Source of the DNA: the human T2T-CHM13v2.0 reference genome, Homo sapiens | Strand: one strand, 5' to 3' | DNA length: 64,000 bases | NCBI RefSeq assembly: GCF_009914755.1 | Contig: NC_060947.1 | Part shown: in pieces, positions 13,201 through 25,400 of the stretch | How the letters are laid out: the number at the start of each line of letters is the position of its first letter | Position numbering within the stretch: position 1 is the first letter of the stretch | The notes under the pieces: generated by a model | Database searches by the model: none | The model's input: the letters and a program-made list of their open reading frames with translations, nothing else | Told to the model about the DNA's origin: nothing | Position numbers and translations under genes: made by a program

Positions 13201-14474
13201 AAAAGCCAGGTTCCATTCTGTGACATAAATCCACACATTGCAAAGCATTATCACAGATACCTTGTTTCTAGTTTTTGTTGCTGGATATTTGATTTTTCCT
13301 TATAGGCCTTGACAGATCTGAAATGTCTCTTTGTAGATTCTACAAAAATAGTGTTAAAATCTCTGGTCAATCAAAACACAGGTTTCATTCTGTGAGTTGA
13401 ATCCACACATCACAAAGCATTTTCACAGATAGCTTGTTTCTAGTTTACATTGCTGGATATTCAGCTTTTCCTTGTGGACCTCAATAGGCTCAGAAATGTC
13501 CCTTTGTAGATCCTACAAAAAAAGTGTTTCCAACCTGGTGAATCAAAATACAAGTTCCATTCTGTGAAATGAATCCACACATACCAAAGCTTTTTCACAG
13601 ATAGCTTGTTCTAGTTGTTATTGCTGTTTATTGGTTTTTTGTTGTTTTCCCGTTGTTGCTGTAGTTTTTGTTTTTTGTTTTCTTACAGGCCACAATGGAC
13701 TCAGAAATGTCCCTTCATAGATTCAACAATAAGAGTGCTTCCAACGTGGTCAATCAAAACACACATTCTATTCTGTGAGGTGAATCCACACCAAAAGCAT
13801 TATCACAAATACCTTGTCTCTAGTTTTTATTACTGGATATTTGATTTTTCCTTATAGGCCTTGACAGATCAGAAATGTCCCTTCATAGATTCTACCAAAA
13901 GAGTGTTCCAATCTCTGGTCAATCAAAACACAGGTTCCATTTTGTGAATTAAATCCACATATCACAAAGCGTTTTCACAGATAGCTTCTTTCCACTTTTG
14001 GTTGCTGAATATTCACTTTTTCCTTAAAGGCCTCAATGGGCTCAGGAATGTCTCTTCATTGATTCTACAAAAGGATTGTTTCCAACCAAGTCATTCAAAA
14101 CACAGGTTTATTCTTTGAGATGTATTGACACATCACAAAGCATTTTCACAGATAGCTTGTTTCTAGTTCTTATCACTGGGTACAAAGATTTTCCTTGTAA
14201 GCCTCAATGGGCTCAGAAAGGTTTCTATGTAAACTCTATGAAAAAAGTGCTTCCAACCTGGTCAATGAAAACACAGGTTCCACTCTGTGAGGTGAATCCA
14301 CACATCACAAAGCATCTTCACAGATAGCTTGTTTCTAATTTTTACCCTAGATATTTTGTTTTTCCTTATAAATCTTAGTGGGCTCAGAAATGTACCTTTG
14401 TAGATTCTAGAAAAAGAGTGTTTGCAACCTTCTGAATCAAAACACTGTTTCCATTCTGTGACAAGAATTCAGAC

Positions 14475-15278
14475 TCCTTCAGTTCTGCTCTAAAAGAAGA
14501 CATTTATGCATCAAACAAGCATATGAGAAAAAGCTCATCATTGCACTGATTAATGCAAATCAACACCACAATGAGATACCATCTCATGCCAGTTAGAATG
14601 GCAATTATTAAAAAGTCAGGAAACAACAGATGCTTGAGATAATGTGGAGAAATTGGAATGCTTTTACGCTGTTGGTGGGAGTGTAAATTAGTTCAACCAT
14701 TGTGGAAGACAGCATGGTGATTCCTCAAGGGTCTAGAGCTAGAAATAGTATTTGACCAAGCAATCCCATTACTGGGTATATACTCAAATGTTTGAAAATC
14801 ATTCTACTATAAAGACACATGCACATGTATGTTTATTGCAACACTATTCACAATAGCAAAGAATTGGAACCAACCCAAATGCCCATCAATGTTACTGGAT
14901 AAAGGAAATGTGGCACATATACACAATGGAAGATTATGCAGCCATAAAAACCGATGAGTTCTTGCTATTTGCAGGGACATGGATGAAGCTGGAAACCATC
15001 ATTCTCAGCAAACTAACACAGGAACAGAAAATTAAACACCACTTGTTCTTACCAATAAGAGGGAGTTGAACAATGAGAACATATCAGCACAGGGAGGGGA
15101 ACATCACACACAGGGCCTGTCAAGGGGTGGGATAGCATTAGAAGAAATACCTAATGTAGATGACGGGTTGATGGGTGCAGCAAACCACCATGGCACATAT
15201 ATAACTATGTAATAAACCTGCACGTTTTCCACAAGTATCCCAGAAAAAGTAAAAAAAAAAATAAAAAGAAGAAGATAA
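14475..15278 (+). mobile_element. 5'-truncated L1PA7/8-like insertion with a 17-nt inverted 5' piece
   Basis: ORF2 end, 3'UTR (AATACCTAATGTAGATGACGGGTTGATGGGTGCAGCAAACCACCATGGCAC) and poly-A. Decayed TSD AAGAATTCAGAC / AAAAATGCAGAC. Confidence 0.88.
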
Positions 15279-16133
15279 AAAAATGCAGACATCAAAAAGC
15301 ATGATCACAAATAGCTTGTTTCTAGTTGTTATTGCTGGATATTTGGTTTCTCCTTACAGGCTTCAATGGGCTCAGAAATGTTTCCTCATGAATTCTACAA
15401 AAAGAGTGTTTCCAAACTGGTGGATCAAAAGAGAGCATCTATTCTGTGAGATGAATCCACACATCACAAAGCATTTCCACAGGTAGCCGTTTCTAGTTTT
15501 TATCATGGGATACTCAGGGTTTTTTTAATATGCCCAATTGAGCTCAGAAATATATAGTCATAGATTCTACAAAAACAGTCTTTCAAACCTGGTCAACCAA
15601 AACACAGGTTCCACTCTGTGAGATCAATCCAGGTATCACAATGCATTTTCACAAATAGATTTTTTCTAGTTTTATAGCTGGATATTCAACTTTTCCTTAT
15701 AGACTTCAATAGGCTCAGAAATGCCCCTTCGTAGATCTTACATAAAGGTTCCATTCTGTGAGATAAATCCATATATCACGAAGCATTTTCACAGATGGCT
15801 TATTTTTAGCTTTCTTTGCTGGATATTTTTTTCCTGATAGGCATCAATGGGCTGAGAAATGTCTCTTCAAAAATACTAAAAAATGTGTTTCCAACCTGCT
15901 GAATCAAAACAGACATTCCATTCTATGAGATGAAGTCACACACCACAAAGCATTTTCACAGATAGCTTGTGTCTAGTTTATATTGTTGAATAATCGGTTT
16001 TCCCTTGTATGCCTCAATGGGCTCTAAAATGTCCCTTTGTAGATTCTTCAATAAGAGTGTTTCCAACCTTGTCTATCAAACCTCAGGTTCTATTCTGTGA
16101 GGTGAATCCACACATTGCAAAACATTTCCACAG

Positions 16134-17117
16134 TGAAGGGGTGGCCTGCCCCTCCACAACCTGTGGGTGTTTCTCATCAAATGGGATGAGAGACTGAGAA
16201 AAGAAATAAGACAGGGAGACAAAGTATAGAGAAAGAAAAGTGGGCCCAAGGGACTGGTGCTCAGCATATGGAGGACCCGTGCCGGCACTGGTCTCCGAGT
16301 TCCCTCAGTGTTTATTGATCACTATCTCTACCATCTCGGAGAGGGGGATGTGACAGGACTATAGGGTAATGGTGGGGAGAGGGTCAGGAGGAAAACATCT
16401 GAGCAAAGACCTCTGTGTCATAAATAAATTTAAGGAAAGGTGCTGTGCCTTGATGTGCATGTACGCCAGATTTATGTTTGACTTTACACAAACATCTCAG
16501 TGCATTAAGGAGCAGTATTGCCACCAGCATGTCTCACCTCCAGCCATAAGGTGGTTTTCTCCTATCTCAGTAAATAGAACAGGTTTTACACTGAGACTTT
16601 CCATTCCCAGGAATGAGCAGGAGACAGATGCCTTCCTCTTATCTCAACTGCAAAGAGGCCTTCCTCTTTTAATAATCCTCCTCAGCACAGACCCTTTATG
16701 GGTGTCAGGCTGGGGGAAGGTAAGGTCTTTCCCTTCCCATGAGGCCATATCTCAGGTTATCACATGAGAAGAAACTTTGGACAATACGTGGCTTTCCTAG
16801 GCAGAGGTCCCTGTGGCCTTTGGCAGTGTATTGTGTCCCTGGGTACTCGAGATTGGAGAATGGTGATGACTTTTACCAAGCATACTGCCTTTAAGCACTT
16901 TTTTAACAAAGCACATCCTGCACAGCCCTAAATCCATTAAACCCTGAATCAACACAGCATATGTCTCTGCAAGCACCGGGCTGGGGCTAGGGTTACAGAT
17001 TAACAGCATCTCAAGGCAGAAGAATTTCTCTTAGTACAGAACAAAATGGAGTATCTTATGTCTACTTCTTTCTACATAGACACGGTAACAGTCTGATCTC
17101 TCTTTCTTTTCCCCGCA
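16134..17117 (-). mobile_element. HERV-K(HML-2) solo LTR, LTR5A/5B type
   Basis: The reverse complement starts TGCGGGGAAAAGAAAGAGAGATCAGACTGTTAC and ends GGCAGGCCACCCCTTCA. Length 984 bp. Perfect 6-bp TSD CCACAG at 16128-16133 and 17118-17123. Confidence 0.93.
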
Positions 17118-20100
17118 CCACAGATAGATTGTTTCTGGTTTTTATCACTGGATATTCTATTTTTCCTCATATGCCACAATTGGCTAAGAAATGTCCATTC
17201 ATAGCTTTTACAAAAGAATGTTTCCAGCACCGTGAATCAAAACCCAGATTCCATTCTGTGTGATAAACCCACAAAAATCAAAGCATTTAAACAGATAGGT
17301 TGCTTTTATTTTATTTTTTTGCTAAATATTGGATTTTTCCCTATAGCCCTCAATGGGCTGAGAAAAGTCCCATTGTAGATTCTACAAAAAGAGAGTTTTG
17401 ATCCAGGTGAATCAAAACAAAAGTTTCATTTACGAGATGAATCCAGGCATCACACTCATTCTCACAGATAGGTTGTTTCCAGTTTTTATCATCGAATATT
17501 TGACTTTTCCTAATAGAATTCAATGCACTCAGAAATATCCCATCATAGACTCTATGGAACACTGTTTCCAGCACCATGAATCAAAACACAGGTTCCATTC
17601 TGTAAGATGTATCCACACATCTCAAAGCATTTTCACAAATAGCTTGTTTCTAATTTTTATCACTGGATGTTTCATTTTTCCTTAAAGACTTCAATGAGCT
17701 CAGAAATGTCCCTTCCTAGATTCTACAAAAAGAGGGTTTCCAACGTGGTGAATCAAAACACAGGTCACTTTCTGTGAGACGAATCCACACATTACAGTGC
17801 GTTTGCACAGATAGCATATTTCTAGTTTTTATTGTTTTATATTTGGTTTATCATTATAGGCTTTGTTGGGCTCAGAAATGTCCCTTGGTGGATTCTACAA
17901 AAAGGGTGTTTCCAAACTTGTGAATCAAAAGGCATGTTCTGTATTGTGAGATAAATCCACACATCACAAAGTATTTTCACAAACAGCTATTTTCTAGCTT
18001 TTATTGCTGGATATTCAGGTTTTTCCTTATAGACCTCAATGGGCTCAGCAATGTCTCTTTGTAAATTCTACAATAAGAGTGTGTCCAACATATCGAATCA
18101 AAACACATGTTCCATTCTGTGACATAAATCCACACATCACAAGCCATTTTCACAGATCGCTTGTTTTTAGTTTTTATCAGTTTATATTCTGTTTTTCCTT
18201 ATAGGACTCAAAGTGCTCAGAAATATTCCTTTATGGATTTTACAATAAGATTGTTTTCAACATGCTGAATCACAATTCATGTTCCATTCTGTGAGATAAA
18301 TCCACACATCACAAAGCATTTTCACAGATTGCTTACTTCTAGTTTTTATCACTGGATATTTCGTTATTTCCCTGTAGGCCTCAATGGGTTCAGAAATGTC
18401 TCTTTGGAGATTCTACAATAAAATAGTTTCCAACCCTGTAAATCAAAACACAGGTTTCATTCTGTGAGATGATTCCACATATCACAAAGCCTTCTCACAG
18501 ATAGTTTTTTTCTAGATTCATTCGCTGGATATTCGTTTTTTCTTATAAACCTCAATGGGCTCAAAATGTACCTTCATAGATTATTTTTTTAAAAACGTGT
18601 GTTTCCAACAAGCTGAATCAAAACACAGTTTCCATCCTGTGAGCTGAATCCACACATCACAATGCATTTTCACAGATAGATTGTTTCTAGATTTTATTGC
18701 TGGATATTCTGTTTTTCCTTATAGCTTCAATGGGCTAAGAAACGTCTCTTCATAAAACCTACAATAACAGTGTTCCTATACTGGTGTATCAAAACACAGG
18801 CTCCATTACATGAAACGATTTCACACTTCACAAAGCATTTTCACAGATAGTTTGTTTCTAGTTTTAAAGGCTAAATATTCATTTTTTTCTTATAAGCCTT
18901 ATTGTGCTCTGAAACGTCCCTTCGTAGATTCTACAAAAAGAGTGTTTATAAAGTGCTGAAAAAAACATGTTCCACTCTGTGAGATGAATCCAAACATCAC
19001 AAAACATTTCCAAAGATAGCTTGTTTCTAGTTTTAATCCCTGGATATTCTGTATTTTCTTATATCCTCAATGGATTCAGAAACATCTTTTCATAGATTCT
19101 ACAATAATAGTGTTTCTAAACTGGTGAATCAAAAAACTGGTTCCATTTTGTGAGTTGCATCCACACATCATAAAGCATTTTCCCAGATAGCTTGTTTCTA
19201 GTTTTTATCACTGCATATTCTTACCCACCCCCCACCCTGCCCCATATGGCTCAATTTGCTCAGAAAAGTCCCTTTGTGAATACTACAATAAAAGTGTTTC
19301 AAACCTGGTGAAAAATATACCGGTTCCATTCTGTGAGATAAATCACAAAGCATTGTCACAGATAGCTTGTTTTCAGGTTTTATCACTGGATATTCTGTTT
19401 TTCCTTATAGGCCTCAATGAGCTCAAAAATATTTCTTTGTGGCTTCTACAAGAAAATTCTTTCCAACTGCTAAATAAAAACACAGTTTCCATCTTGTGAG
19501 ATGAGTCAACATATCACAAAGAATTTCCACAAAGAGATTTTTTTCTAGTTTGCAAAGCTGCATATTCAGTTATTCCTTATACACCTCAATGGTCTCAGAA
19601 ACATCCCTTCATAGAGTCTACCAAAAGAATTTTTCCAACTTGCTGAATCAAAACACAGCTTTCATTCTTTGAGATGAATCCACACATCATGAAGTATTTT
19701 CACAGATAGGTTTTTTTAGTTGTGGTCACTGGATACTCTGTTTTTCCTTGTAGGCATCATTAGGCTCAGAATTGTCCCTTTTTAGAGTTTACAAAAACAG
19801 TGTTTCCAAACTGCTGAATCAAAATGTATATTCCATTCTGTGAGAAGAATGCAAACATCACAAAGCATTTTCACAGATAGCTTTTTTTCTAGTTTTTAAT
19901 CTCTGGATATTCAGTTTTTCTTTATAAGCCTCAATGGCCTCAGAAATATCCCTTTGTATATTATACAATAAGATTGTTTCCAACTGGGTGATTCAAAAGG
20001 TATCTTGTTTCTAGATTTTTTTAGCTGGATATTCAGTTTTTTCTTACAATCCTAAATGGATGCGGAAATGTCTCTTTGTATATTCTACAAAAAGATTGCT

Positions 20101-22192
20101 TCCAACTGGATGAATCAAAACACAGGTTCCATTTTGTGAAATCAATCCACACATCACAAAGAATTTTCACAGATAGCATGTTTCTAATTTTTGTTGCTGG
20201 ATATTCGGTTTTCCCCTAAATGCTACAATGGGCTCAGAAATGACCCTTCATAGATTCTGCCAAAAGAGTGTTTCCAACCTGGAGAATCAAAACACAGGTC
20301 CAATTCTTTGAGGTGAATCCAAATGTCACAAAGCGTTTTCACAGATAGCATTTTTCCAGTTTTTTAAACTGGATATTCTGATTTTCCTTATAAGCCTCAA
20401 TGGGCTCAGAAATGTCCCTTTGTAGAATCTACAAAAAGAGCATTTCCAACCTGCTGAATTAAAAAACACTTTTCATTCTGTGAGATAAATACACACATCA
20501 CAAAGCATTTTTACAGATAGCTTGTTTCTAATTTTTATTGCTGGATATTCTGTTTTGCCTTACAGGCCTCAATGGACTAAAAGTATCCCTTGTTGCATTC
20601 CACTAAAAGAGTGTTTACAAAGTGCTGAATCAAAACTCAGGTTCTATTCAGTGAGATAAATCCACACATCACAAAGCATTTTCCCAGAGTTCTTGTTTCT
20701 AGTTTTTATGGCTAGATATTTAGTTTTTTCACATAGGCTTCAATGGGCTCAGAAATAACCCTTTGTTAATTCTACAAGAAGACTCTTTCCAACCTGCTGA
20801 ATCAAAACACAGTTTCCATCTTGTGAGATGAATCCACACATCACAAAGCATTTTCACAGAGAACTTTTTCTAGTTTATAAAGCTGGATATTTGGTTTTTC
20901 CTTATAAGCCTCAATGGGCTCAGAAATGTCCCTTTGTAAAGTTTACAAAAAGGGTTTTTATAACTTGCTGAATAAAAACGGAGGTTCCATTCTGTGAGAT
21001 GAATCCACACATCACAAAGCATTTTTACAGATAGCTTGTTGCTAGTTTTTGTCATTGAATATTCGGATTTTCCCTTAGGGCCTCAATGAGCTAAGAAATG
21101 TCCCTTCGTAGTTTCTACAAAATGAGTGTTTTCAACCTGTTGAATCAAAACACTGGTTCCATTCTTTCAGATGAATCCACACATCATTAGGCATTTTTTC
21201 AGATACCTTATTTCTAGTTTTTATAGCTTAATATTGATTTTTATCTCATAGGCCTCAATCAGCTCAGAAATGTCCCATTGTAGATTCTGCAAAAAAGAGT
21301 GTTTAAAAACATGCTAAATTCAAACACAGTTTTCATACTGTTAGATGAATCCACGCATGAGAAAACATTTTCACAGATAGTCTGTTGTTAGTTTTTATCA
21401 CTAGATATTCGGAGTTTTCTTAAGAAGCTCGATGAGCTCAAAAATGTCCCTTCATAGTTTGTACGAAAAGAGTGTTTCCAACATGCTGAATCAAAACACA
21501 TTTTCCATTCTGCAAAATGATTCACACATCACAAAGCATTTTCATAGATAGCTTGTTTCTAGTTTTGATTGCTGGATATTTGGTTTTTCCTTATAGGAAT
21601 CAATGGGCTCAGAAATGTCCTTACAAAGACTCTACTAAAAGAGTGTCCAACTTGCTGTATGAAAACACAGGTTCCATTCTGTGAGATGAATCCACACGTC
21701 AGAAAGCATTTTCACACATAGCTTGTTTTCAGTTTTTGTTTGTTTGTTTGTTTGTTTTTCCCTGGATATTCGGTTTTTCCTTAGAATGCTAAAGGTGCTC
21801 AGAAATATCCCTTTGAAGATTCTACAAAAAGAGTTTCTGACCTGTTGAATGAAAACATAGTTTCCATTCTGTGAGATGAATCCACACATCACAGAGCATT
21901 TTCACAAAAAGCTTGTTTGTAATTTTTATCTCTAGGTATTTGATTTTTACTTATAGACCTCGATGGGCTCAAATATGTCCCTTCTTAGATTCTACAAAAA
22001 AAAGTATTTCCAACCTGCTGAATCAAAAGACAGGTTCCATTTTGGGAAGTGAATGCACACATAACAAAGCATTTTCACAGATAGCTTTTTTCTATTTTAT
22101 ATCCCTGGATACTTATTATTTATTTATTTAACAGGCCTCAAAGTTTTCAGTAATCTTTCTTTGTACATTCGATAAATAAAAAATTCTTTCTA

Positions 22193-22473
22193 AGCCAGGT
22201 GCAGTGGCTCAAGCCTGTAATCCCAGCACTTTGGGAGGCCAAGGTGAGCAGACCACGAGGTCAAGAGATTAAGACAATCCTGGCCAACATGGTGAAAACC
22301 CGTCACTACCAAAAATACAAAAATTAGCTGGGTGTGGTGGTGCACATCTGTAGTCCCAGCTACTCAGGGAGCTGAGGCAGGAGAATTGCTTGAACCCCGG
22401 AGGTGGAGATTGCAGTAGCTGAGATTGCATCACTGGAATCCAGCCTGGCATGAGTGAGACTCTGTCTCGAAAA
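22193..22473 (+). mobile_element. Full-length AluSc-like element in alpha satellite
   Basis: CACGAGGTCAAGAGAT...CCTGGCCAACATGGTG is AluSc-type. TSD AAAAATTCTTTCTA at 22179-22192 and 22474-22487. Confidence 0.9.
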
Positions 22474-25400
22474 AAAAATTCTTTCTAAACAACTGAATCA
22501 AAACACAGTTTCTAACCTGTGAGATGAATCTACACATCACAAAGCATTTTCACAGATAGTTCTTTCTAGTTTTTCTCACTGGATATTTGGTTTTTCATTA
22601 TAGGATTTATTAGACTCAGAAATGTCCCTTTGTAGATTCTATAAAAATAGTGTTCCCACCCTGCTGAATCAAAACAAAGGTTCTATTCTAGGAGATAAAT
22701 ACACACATCACAAAGCATTTTCACAGATAGCCTGTCGCTAGTTATTATCACTGAATATACGGTTATTACTTAGTGGGCCCAATGGCATCAGAAATGTCGC
22801 TTTGTAGATTCTACAAAAGAGTGTGTCCAACCTGCTGAGTCAAGTCTCAGGTTACATTCTGTGAGATGAATCCACACATCACAAGGCATTTTCACAGATA
22901 GCTTTTTTTCTAGTTTTTACCACTGTATATTGTTTTTTCCTTAGAGATCTCAATGGGCACAGAATTGTCACTTTGTAAATTCTACAAATAGCATGTTTCC
23001 AACCTGCTGAATAAAAACACAAGCTCCATTCTGTTCGATGAATCCACATCTCAGAAAGCATTTTCACAGTAAGCTTGTGTCTAATTTTTATATCTGGATA
23101 TTTGACATTTCCTTAGAGGCCTCAATGGGCTCAGAAATTTCCCTTTGTAGATTCTACAAAACCAGTGTTTCCAACATGCTGAATCAAAGCACATGTTCCA
23201 TTCTTTCAGATTAATCCACATAACACTAAGCATTTTCACAATAGCTTCTTTCTAGTTTTTATTGCTGAATATTGGATTTTTCCTTATAGGCCACAAGGGG
23301 CTCAGAAATGTTCCTTTGTAGATTCTACAAAAAGAGTGTTTCCAACTTGCTGAATCAAAATGCAGTTTCCATTTTGTGACATGAATCCACACATCGAGAA
23401 TCATTTTCACGGTTCTTTGTTTTTAGATTTTATTGCTGGATATTTGGGTTTTCTTAAAGGCCTCAATAGGCTCAGAAATGTAACTTCATAGATTCTACAA
23501 AAAGAGATTCTCCAACCTGTTGAATCAAAACAGAGTTCCCACCCTGTCTGCTAAATCCAAACATCTCAAAGCATTTCCACAGGTATCTTGTTTCCAGTTT
23601 TTTTGCTGGATATTTGGTTTTCATTTACAGGCCTCAATTTTTGGTCAGAAACGTCCCTAGGTACATTTGAAAAAACAATTGTTTCCAAACTGAGGAATCA
23701 AAGTTTCCATCCTGTGAGATGAATTCACTCATCACAAAGCATTTTTACTGTCAGATTGTTTCTAGTTTTTATTGCTAGGTATTTTGTTTTTCCCTAGAGG
23801 CTGCAATGGTTTGAGAAATGCCCCTTCATAGATTGTATAAAAAGAATGTTTCCAACCTGCTCAATCATAATGCAGGTTCCATTCTGTGGGATGAATCCAC
23901 ACATCACAAAACATTTTCACAGATAGCCTGTTGCTAGTTTTTGTCACAGGATATTCTGATTTTCTTTAAGGAACTCAGTGAGCTCAGGAATGTCCCTTTG
24001 TATGTTTTACAAATAGAGTGTTTCCAACCTGCTGAATGAAAACACAGGTTCCATTCTGTGAGATGAATCTGCACATCACAAAACATTTTTACAGATAGCT
24101 TCTTTCTAGTTTTTATCCCTGGATATTCTGTTTTTCCTTAGAGATCTCAACAGGCTCAGAAACATTCCTTCATAGATTCTAAAAAAGAGTGTTTGAAACA
24201 GACTAAATCAAAATACAGGTTTCATTCAATTAAATGAATCCACACATCACAAAGCATTTTCAAAGATAGTTTGTTTCCAGTTTTTTTCCCTGAATATTCT
24301 GTTTTCCCTTATATTCCTCAATGGCTTCAGAAATATCTCTTCATACGTTCAACAAAAAAATTGTTCCCAAACTGCTGCATCAAAACACTGTTTCGATCCT
24401 GTAAGATAAACCCATACATCACAATATATTTTCACAGATAACTTGTTTTTAGTTTTTATCGCTACATATTTTGTATTTTTTTATCGGCCTCAGTGGGCTC
24501 AGAATTGTCCCTTCATAGACTCGATGAAATGAGTTTTTCCCACCTGCTGAATCAAAACACAGGTTTCCTTCTGTGTGATGAATCCACACATCATGAAGCA
24601 TTTTTATAGATAGCTTGTTTCTAGTTCTTACCACTGGATATTTGGGTTTTCCTTAGAGGCTTCAATTGGGTCAGAAATGCACCTTTGTATTTCTACAAAA
24701 AGAGCATCCCCAACCTGCTTAATAAACACACATGTTCCATGCTGTGATATTAATCCACGCATCACAAAGCAGTTGCACAGATAGTCTGTTGCTAGTTCTT
24801 ATTGCCTGCATAACAAAGCATTTTCATATAAAGCTTGTTTCTAATTTTTATCTCTGGTTATTTGGAATTTTTACAGGCCTAAGTACACAAAAAAAAGTCC
24901 ATTTGTAGATTCCACAAAAAAGCAATGTTTCCAAACTGTTGAATCAAAACAGAGGTTTCATTCTTTCAGAAAAATCCACACGTCACTATCGATTTTCACA
25001 AATGCCTTGTTTCTAGTTTTTATTGTAGAATATTGGATTTTTTCTTATTGGCCTCAATGGGCTCAGAAGGATTTCTCTGTATACCCTACAAAAAGAGTGT
25101 TTCCAACCTGCTGAATCAAAATTCAGGTTCCATTCTGTGAGATAATTCCACACATCAAAAGACATTTTCACAGATGGCTTGTTTCTACTATTTTTTTTTT
25201 TCTGGATATTCGGTTTTTACTTATGGGCTGTAGTATGTTCAAAAACGTCCCTTCGGAGATTATACAAAAAGAGTGTTTCCAACCTGCTGAATCAAAACAC
25301 AGGTTCCACTCTGCAAGGTAAATCCACACATCACAAAGCATTTTCACAGATAGCTTGTTTCTAGATTTTTTCCGTGGAAATTTGGTTTTCCTTATAGGCT

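Noticed and set aside
16369-16767. 132-aa ORF
   Set aside because: An antisense frame within the LTR5 solo LTR, with a non-informative sequence and no recognisable domain.
19222-19245. C-rich patch ACCCACCCCCCACCCTGCCCC in alpha satellite (possible G4 on the minus strand)
   Set aside because: A single occurrence replacing a T-rich tract, with no evidence of anything beyond local mutation.
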